Of a stretch of 64,000 bases of DNA, positions 58,701 to 64,000 are shown in pieces. The stretch is taken from NCBI GenBank assembly GCA_044376115.1, contig JBILLK010000002.1, forward strand, positions 288,001 through 352,000. Direction: 5' to 3'. The translations under genes were made by a program, and so were the position numbers. This DNA comes from Polyangiaceae bacterium. GTDB taxonomy: Bacteria > Myxococcota_A > Polyangia > Polyangiales > Polyangiaceae. How positions within the stretch are numbered: position 1 is the first letter of the stretch; each line of letters opens with the position of its first letter. The notes beneath the pieces are model-generated. The model made no database searches and was not told where the DNA came from. It saw only the letters and a list, made by a program, of their open reading frames with translations.

Positions 58701-59875
58701 AGCAGCGTCCCCGCGGCGTCGATGCGCCGGGAAAGAACGTCCCCTCCCAACCGATACGTCACCACACACCGTTCTGCGCTGCACGCCGTGCTGCCGCTCG
58801 AAGGCACGTCCCATGCATGAGACGCGACCTCCGATCCGTCCTCGTTGATGAGCCGCGCCAACAGGCCGGTTGCAGTGCTCGTGACAATGAGAAAGCCGTT
58901 GCTCATCGCCCCGACGCCCAACACGCCTAATGAGCTGAATTGCGGATTCAACGCGTGACGGGTGGGCGTCGGGTCCACCATCGTCCCGTCGGGTGTGAGT
59001 CGGATGCGGCTGATACCTCCGCTGTCGTTCCAGGCGGCCATACACATCGTCGCGGTACACGCTACAAGAGGAGGGCTGGCCCCAGAATCATCCGGCCCCA
59101 GCACAGGCGCATCCGTCGCGCTCTCCGGCCCCACCACTGGATCCAACGTCGCCGGATAGGCGCTCTCGGCGAGGAGGTCGGCGGGGACGGCGAGCTCGAT
59201 GGCGTCGCGGGTCCAGGTCGCGGGGACGGGCGTCTCTGCGCCGGTGGAGTCGATCCAGGTGCCGTGGCCGTAGACGACGCCGCCACCATCGGTGGTGAAG
59301 TGCAGGCCGGTGCGGTCTTCACGTGAGAACTCGCCATTGTCGATTGCAACGCGCACCACGAGATCGCCTTGGCCCGCCGGCTCCGATTCGAACGTCCAAC
59401 CTTGCTCCACGCCTTCGTCGCGGCCGCGCAGCCACTCGCTGGCGCCATCGCCCGTGCGGACCAAACCGCCCTTGGGGTCCGAGGCGAAACTGCGGTTCGT
59501 GGGCCAGGACCAATTTTCGCGCTTTATCTCGGTCGTCTTGAAGGTCATCCCGCCTTCGACCGGCTCGCCCATACTCGCAGCCGGTACGACGTAGAAAGCT
59601 TGCTCACGTGTCTCGCCGTACCAGGTCGTCGAGCCCGACTCGAACGTGCCGCGGGTCGTTGGGAGGAACGCGAGCCGACCAAGGGCCATCATCTCCCCGA
59701 GCTCGATCTCAACCGTACGAGCAGACGGCGCACGATTCTGCGGCGCATTGTCGACGGGCGCCGACTCCGGCCCGCGCCCACCGCCAGCCGTCTCCGGCGA
59801 CGAGTCTGGCTCCAAACAAGAGACCAGCACGCTAAGGGCAGTGACGAGCAGAGACGCGTTGCGACGATGCCACAT
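55742..59875 (-). CDS. Large surface protein with disintegrin-like Cys-rich repeats and MYXO-CTERM
   Basis: LVSC lipobox; GVEQGWTF..YPATLDP domain; repeated FDGTNY/FL blades; about 9 CR...G.CD.AE.C.G....CP units; GCNC..TM..RRRRR. Confidence 0.85.
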   Translation of the reverse strand: MWHRRNASLLVTALSVLVSCLEPDSSPETAGGGRGPESAPVDNAPQNRAPSARTVEIELGEMMALGRLAFLPTTRGTFESGSTTWYGETREQAFYVVPAASMGEPVEGGMTFKTTEIKRENWSWPTNRSFASDPKGGLVRTGDGASEWLRGRDEGVEQGWTFESEPAGQGDLVVRVAIDNGEFSREDRTGLHFTTDGGGVVYGHGTWIDSTGAETPVPATWTRDAIELAVPADLLAESAYPATLDPVVGPESATDAPVLGPDDSGASPPLVACTATMCMAAWNDSGGISRIRLTPDGTMVDPTPTRHALNPQFSSLGVLGVGAMSNGFLIVTSTATGLLARLINEDGSEVASHAWDVPSSGSTACSAERCVVTYRLGGDVLSRRIDAAGTLLDPFGTLVGTASGFGSSHVVAFDGTNFIIHLGEGRVRRMTPSGITLDANPIDVLFSSRPISILASDGSSTVAAGSDGFGGSFRRINSDGSLGPIVNTARVHGLGWIGGSYLASLDPLGTLQRIDANGNGIGAPFVPFGAQALLAVYPRPGGGFVVSQGVLGGPLSSNVSDANLRVVDSSGVQVSAVTLNLGTNPQFSPAVIAGQSQYLVAWGDRRLGTTAVYGQRFSAAATPIDPAPFMIFSTPAPDIVRLVSGAFDGTNYLVAGGGVSVQAGRVPMVGPPLDLGSIALSGFDPNLPQRRLAVTWDGATFAVFQRQSQAFLSIQDSVRVQRLLPSGQVLDGTPIVVVNDGLGLRPGLAASADGVGHVVLWRDGSDTPRFRRLTSGGTFTGPSATFGAPSSSTTNPLAMRCTSTDCLVYGVDFLRTLSGVNVPLPPGSPTASYAAMALGGSEFLVLGGAADVSGLRVSNAATPAPIGGWFNISQSPADSEVSASAAALGDGSALAAYERFVPGEDANRVFLRGIVLASPNGADCASNEDCQSGQCVDGVCCNVACGGGTTDCQACSTAAGAAVNGTCGPISAGTQCRASGGACDVAEACDGTSLTCPANAFAASSVECRASAGACDVAETCTGANANCPADQFLPAATTCRPSAGVCDVVESCTGSSATCPVNAVAPSSTVCRPSTGDCDLADQCDGAGVACPTDALEPAGVVCRVAAGLCDAEETCTGSAGECPQDELLASGTSCRDSIGDCDLEDFCDGASTDCEDEGEPADTPCGSAPSGVCDAQDTCEGGPGSTNSCVDRILGSSVSCRESAGPCDVAESCGSAGPNCPEDSFVDQGLICRNPASDCDEAEVCDGVGAACPDDELLPDGAPCDDGVCDAGECVPQGGAGAGGGGAGGSGNGGEGAASSGGGPAGNGGSSSNGGSAGGADPSEDGGCNCTTAAASDPTRAAWAVLAALGVALRRRRRAALQAARNSANANIADL

Positions 59876-60137
59876 AGCAATTGGCTATCACCCGCAATTC
59901 CCGGCGAAAAGACGGAAAGTGAGCATCTTGCCGGCAAGCCTCCAAGACGTTATCGCAGTGGCTCATCACACGGAGACGCTCGGAGCGTCCTCACAGCGGT
60001 TGAAGAAGCCTAGCCGAGAAATGCCGTCCTGCGTGGCGATCTGCTGCCTGGTTGTGCGTTTGGGGTCGGCCAGCGCTTTGCTCTTATTGTGAGAGTGGGA
60101 CCGTGGTTGCGTCCAAGGCTCCCTGCGGGGCAACGGC

Positions 60138-60800
60138 TCATCCCCCCAGCCCAGCCTTCCTCATCTCTTCCCCGAGCCAGCTCATGGTCTTCTCATACCT
60201 GTAGCGAGCCTGCCTCTCCTCGATACCGAGTTGTCTTGCGCTCTCGGCGAGCTTCTTTCCTTCGATGGCGGTGTCTCGCACGAGGGCCCAGTCGATGGGG
60301 TCCATTCGGGGGACGAGGGGGAGGACGACGGCTTGTACGCGTTCCCTCATTTGGTCGAGGGCGACGGTGTCTTCGGGGGTGGCGGCGGGCTGGGTGGCCA
60401 TCATGCAGATCGCGGCTGCGGCCATGATGGCGTTCACGGCTTTCTTCTTCACGTCGCGGCGCGCCTCTTCGGTGTCGAACAGGTAGCCGGCGCTGACGAT
60501 GGTCGAGATCTCCGCTGTGGCGCGGGTGATGGCGAGCGAACGCGTGCGCAACTTCGCCTCCATGCGGCAGTGGTCGAGCATGTGGTAACGCACAGCGCGG
60601 AAGGTGCGCTGCTCAAAGGCTTCACGGCTCAGCTCGCCCAACTCCAACGCCAGCTCACATAGCTTGTCCATCCCGGCTTGGAACAGCTCCTCGGCGTCCA
60701 CGCGATCCCCGCGCGGGGCGATTTTGTAGGCCATCGCGCGCACGGCGTCTTTGCACTCGGCTACGCGTTGGCGCTGGGCCGGGCTTAGCGCACTAGCCAC
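60138..60800 (-). CDS. Divergent sigma-70 family factor (FliA-like regions 2 and 4)
   Basis: VRAMAYKI...DAEELFQAG...FRAVRYHMLDHCR; HTH LAESARQLGIEERQARY; GTG start overlaps the upstream stop. Confidence 0.72.
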   Translation of the reverse strand: MASALSPAQRQRVAECKDAVRAMAYKIAPRGDRVDAEELFQAGMDKLCELALELGELSREAFEQRTFRAVRYHMLDHCRMEAKLRTRSLAITRATAEISTIVSAGYLFDTEEARRDVKKKAVNAIMAAAAICMMATQPAATPEDTVALDQMRERVQAVVLPLVPRMDPIDWALVRDTAIEGKKLAESARQLGIEERQARYRYEKTMSWLGEEMRKAGLGG

Positions 60801-61041
60801 GGCCGTACTTCTTTCGCAGCGCATCGAGGTCATCGAACTGCCCGATCTCCGTCTCCTCGGACTGTTGTTTGGGCACCCGGTCGCCGAAGTGCTCCGTGCC
60901 GAGCGCCCTCATCACTGGGTGCACCGCGTAGAGATCAATGAAGAGGTGGCGGACGGCCTGCAGCGCCTCCGCGTCGAGCAACTTCTCGAACCCTGCAACC
61001 GCTTCATCTGCGAGCTCCTCGAGCTGCTCGTCTTTCAGCAT
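60793..61041 (-). CDS. Small acidic helical protein coupled to the sigma gene
   Basis: 82 aa, EAVAGFEKLL...LYAVHPVMRAL; stop overlaps the sigma start. Confidence 0.65.
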   Translation of the reverse strand: MLKDEQLEELADEAVAGFEKLLDAEALQAVRHLFIDLYAVHPVMRALGTEHFGDRVPKQQSEETEIGQFDDLDALRKKYGRG

Positions 61042-61101
61042 CCGCCGAGTAAAGCAGCGTGAAAGAAAGCCTTCAATCGCGATGCGCTAGACTGCGACCG
61101 C

Positions 61102-61377
61102 ATGGAAGCGTCGGCGCCCTACACCCCAGCCGAGGAGGCGTTCGCGCGGGACCTCGCACATGAAGTTGTCCGGCATTGGAAGGTGCGCCTCTCCCCCCGC
61201 GAGCAAGTCGGCATGGCCGAATACCTCGAGGACTACCTCCTGTGCGCCCGCACCGGCCTCGCCATGTTGCGCGCCTGCATCGCCGCTCCCCAAGACCGTG
61301 CCGTGCGCGACATCGCGCTAAAGGGCCTTGGCGAACTCGCAGCCGATTACGATCACGAGCGCGACGGGCCGCTGTAG
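61102..61377 (+). CDS. Small helical hypothetical protein, divergently transcribed
   Basis: 91 aa, coding-like codon bias; TAGACT 8 nt upstream of ATG. Confidence 0.6.
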   Translation: MEASAPYTPAEEAFARDLAHEVVRHWKVRLSPREQVGMAEYLEDYLLCARTGLAMLRACIAAPQDRAVRDIALKGLGELAADYDHERDGPL

Positions 61378-61527
61378 TGAGCCTCGGGCGTCGAGCGCGA
61401 CGCTGAATCCGCCAACGGTTGTTCGTGGTCCCGTCTCCGAATCGCTGGCTCCAGAGAGGTCTAGCAGGCTGATCGGTAACAAATCAGACCGGGTACATAG
61501 GTGAAATAGACCGACGAAGCGGAGAAC

Positions 61528-62232
61528 CTAAGGCGCTATTGCAGGCCACTGGCACGACCCGTCTTTACAGGTCAATCCACCGATGCAATCCGCGTCTGAC
61601 TCACATATCGGCAAACAAAGCTTTCGGCCATCTGGAAGAGGAGGCGCGTCCCAAGCGCAGGTTGCCCCAGCTACGCAGTCGCCATCCCCATGCAGGGCGT
61701 CGGCACAGTCAATGGTGCAGAAATTGCTCCCATCAGGCAGTTCCAGCGACGCGTAACAGCCATTCGCGCAGCTGCCCTCCGTCAGGTATGGCCCACACGG
61801 GACCAATCCGTTTACTTCCGGCGCACAATAGTCAATATCGGAAAAGCACGCTGTCTCCGGCCGGCACGTTACGACCCCCGTGCAACGAAACAAGCAAAGC
61901 CCATCGAAGCACTCTGTGCCGAGCGGACAGCTGTTGTCCACCCCACAAGCCGCTGCACAATAGAGCTTATGGGCGAGCCCAGGCTCGGGCCCCCGTTCAT
62001 CCAACCAAACCGGGCATCCCGCTGGGCAGCCTAAGCCTTCAATCGCACCAGGCACTTCGTCGAAGTAACCAGGGCAGGCTATCTCGTCCCAGATGCCATA
62101 ACTGTGAACGCCGCTGGAACCGCCTGAAGCGGCTCCGCCTTCATTCGGCTGCGAATCTTCACTAGGCCAAACCACAATCCCACCGCAACCAACAAGTACG
62201 CAAGGGCTCAGAGCGAGAAAAGATAGTCGCAT
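61528..62232 (-). CDS. Cys-rich lipoprotein
   Basis: VLVGC lipobox; repeated YC/FC...C....C..G..C units. Confidence 0.7.
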   Translation of the reverse strand: MRLSFLALSPCVLVGCGGIVVWPSEDSQPNEGGAASGGSSGVHSYGIWDEIACPGYFDEVPGAIEGLGCPAGCPVWLDERGPEPGLAHKLYCAAACGVDNSCPLGTECFDGLCLFRCTGVVTCRPETACFSDIDYCAPEVNGLVPCGPYLTEGSCANGCYASLELPDGSNFCTIDCADALHGDGDCVAGATCAWDAPPLPDGRKLCLPICESDADCIGGLTCKDGSCQWPAIAP

Positions 62233-62915
62233 ATTCCCCTCTCGATGCAGGGTGGGAAGGGGCAGGTAGTTGTCGAGCAGCGAATGCCTACCGGACAATC
62301 AGAGTCGAGCGTGCAGGGTGGACTACAAAGCCCCGGATAGGCGTCTTCGCCATTGTCATAAACACATGTATGACCTCCTAAACATGGCTCCCCGGCTTCT
62401 TCGCATTCGGAAGTGCAAAGCGCGCCTCCATTGATCTCAAGACGATAGGGGCACTGTGCGGAGCAGGGTTCTCCGTTTTGTGGCGCATATACTTCGCAAC
62501 GGGAACTAACGGTACCGGGCGACGGGGTACAGTAGCCATAGCCGACGCACTCAAAGTCGTCAGCGCACGAGCTTGGAACCTGAACGTCGCAGGCACCTGG
62601 CAGACAAACGTCAAGCTCCTCCGCCGCTTCATCCGAATAGCCACAAGTGAACCCTGCGCTGCATTCAGGGCAAGGCGTCGTGCAATAAGCACGACCCCCC
62701 GGACCACCTAAAACCAATGGCTCGCACGGAGCCGGGCAACCAGCACCCGGCTCCGACTCAAAGCCAGGGCACGCCGGTGGAAACGCATCGGAACCCGCTT
62801 GCGCTCCAGCTCCTGCGCTGCCGCCACTGCCTGCATCACCGTCGCCACACGCGAGCGTTAGAAGGCCCAGAGCCAGCCCTGCAAACGGATCTTTCAGCTT
62901 CCAATGCCACATCAC
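62208..62915 (-). CDS. Cys-rich lipoprotein, paralogous in architecture to the neighbour
   Basis: LTLAC lipobox; ACPGF..GCPA.C..YC motifs shared with the 61528-62232 protein; GGAGG upstream. Confidence 0.7.
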   Translation of the reverse strand: MMWHWKLKDPFAGLALGLLTLACGDGDAGSGGSAGAGAQAGSDAFPPACPGFESEPGAGCPAPCEPLVLGGPGGRAYCTTPCPECSAGFTCGYSDEAAEELDVCLPGACDVQVPSSCADDFECVGYGYCTPSPGTVSSRCEVYAPQNGEPCSAQCPYRLEINGGALCTSECEEAGEPCLGGHTCVYDNGEDAYPGLCSPPCTLDSDCPVGIRCSTTTCPFPPCIERGICDYLFSL

Positions 62916-62954
62916 AGGCCTCCAAATTTTCAGCGAATGCTCAACGGTTGCAGC

Positions 62955-64000
62955 TCAGGGAAACCACAACATCCTGGCCGACCACACGTGCGTCTCATTT
63001 TCACGTTGATCTCCCCAGGCGCTGAGGAAGCCACCATCAAAGCGCGGGAGTGCCACCAGGCCATTGAACGCGCCCAGACTCTGTTCCACTGGCCAGCTCG
63101 CGCTGGCCCCATCAATGAGCTGCGCGATCGGATCTGGGTCACCACCCCGCCAGGTCCACCCCGCCTGCCGCACTCGGTTGTTTCCGGTGGTGTCGTATTG
63201 CGTAGTGACAAAGTTGAGGCCAACGTACCCATCGGTCTCGCCCGGATACTGGAACGCCGAGATCACCGGCATCCAGGCGTCCCTTGGCATCGTGGTCGCC
63301 GTACCAGTAATCAAACGCGGGGAGTTGTACCGCGTGGTCCAGTTCCAACTCGAGGGCTGAGACGTTGGGATGGTGCGGCGCACCTGGATCCTCGAGTGCG
63401 TATCGGTCGAGCTAAACTTCTTGGAGACAGCGACGAAGAGCTCGCCGGTGACCGGGTTGACCGCAAGGCCCGGCCGACCAACCGCGCGGTTGTGCGGCGT
63501 GCCACCGCTAACACTGCTGGCGCCAACGCAGCGGCGCCAAGCGGTGTCGTTAGCCGGAACGGCGGCAGTATAGGTCGCAGAATAGAAGAGATCTCGCACG
63601 CGCCAGGTGACGTTGGCGGTAGCGGTTGAGGGGCAGGTAAAGCCTGTGTTGGGCACAGACGCATAAGCCACGTAAAGGTGGTTGCCGTTTGAGGCCACCG
63701 ATACTTCATCGACGTTGCTAGGAATGTAATCCGCGCGGCTCTTCGAGGGGAAGGTCTCTATATCAAAGACCCCAGGCACGCCGGTTTGTCTCATCAGGAT
63801 CTTACGGCTGAACCACTCCGCCTCGGTAGTCGTGCATCCGCCGCATGGGTTGCGCAGAAACTTCACCTGACGCCAGAACACCTCGACGTAGCCCGTCGCG
63901 AAGCCGTCCGCCATCTCTGGGGCGGCTGTCACAAAGGAGATGCCGCCGTGCGTGTAAACCGGGTCGCCAGAACCTCCGATGGTGTTGTTCAAAACCACTG
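62955..64000 (-). CDS. C-terminal part of a secreted beta-propeller-like protein; 5' end beyond the window
   Basis: Open frame to the window edge; PGLAVNPVTGELFVA, WMPVISA, FLSAWGDQR blade-like motifs. Confidence 0.6.
   Translation of the reverse strand, partial: VVLNNTIGGSGDPVYTHGGISFVTAAPEMADGFATGYVEVFWRQVKFLRNPCGGCTTTEAEWFSRKILMRQTGVPGVFDIETFPSKSRADYIPSNVDEVSVASNGNHLYVAYASVPNTGFTCPSTATANVTWRVRDLFYSATYTAAVPANDTAWRRCVGASSVSGGTPHNRAVGRPGLAVNPVTGELFVAVSKKFSSTDTHSRIQVRRTIPTSQPSSWNWTTRYNSPRLITGTATTMPRDAWMPVISAFQYPGETDGYVGLNFVTTQYDTTGNNRVRQAGWTWRGGDPDPIAQLIDGASASWPVEQSLGAFNGLVALPRFDGGFLSAWGDQRENETHVWSARMLWFP

Overview
GC-rich myxobacterial DNA, most like Polyangiaceae/Sorangiineae, judged from MYXO-CTERM tails, Gly-linker Cys-rich lipoproteins and kinase-TPR/PEGA and ECF-TPR modules. 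The first ~35.6 kb is gene-dense and mostly recognisable: an EEP hydrolase, an ECF sigma module, PrsW, a GMC oxidase/ferredoxin-reductase/MerR/diiron-oxygenase cluster, ggt, a two-component pair, a four-gene cytochrome-c lipoprotein/Tat cluster, a YyaL-like protein, a DprE1/DprE2-like pair, an M4/M36 protease, a rhomboid, an amine oxidase, a frameshifted LMW-PTP, corA and a Ser/Thr kinase module. From ~35.6 kb onward it is an accessory patchwork: a nucleotidyltransferase TA-like pair, an ABC-ATPase + TOPRIM-like pair, an LRR protein, a CHAP-like protein converging on an orphan VgrG with a LysM/PG-binding extension, several gene remnants, large Cys-rich surface proteins and a divergent sigma-70 with two small partner ORFs. 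The most unusual signal is a set of nine intergenic elements of exactly 45 bp at four loci. They fall into three sequence variants that share one dyad geometry (outer stem, bubble, inner stem at positions 17-20/26-29, 5-nt loop) with compensatory changes. No rRNA, tRNA, cas gene, integrase or transposase was recognised. All family calls are from motif recognition by eye, not database searches.
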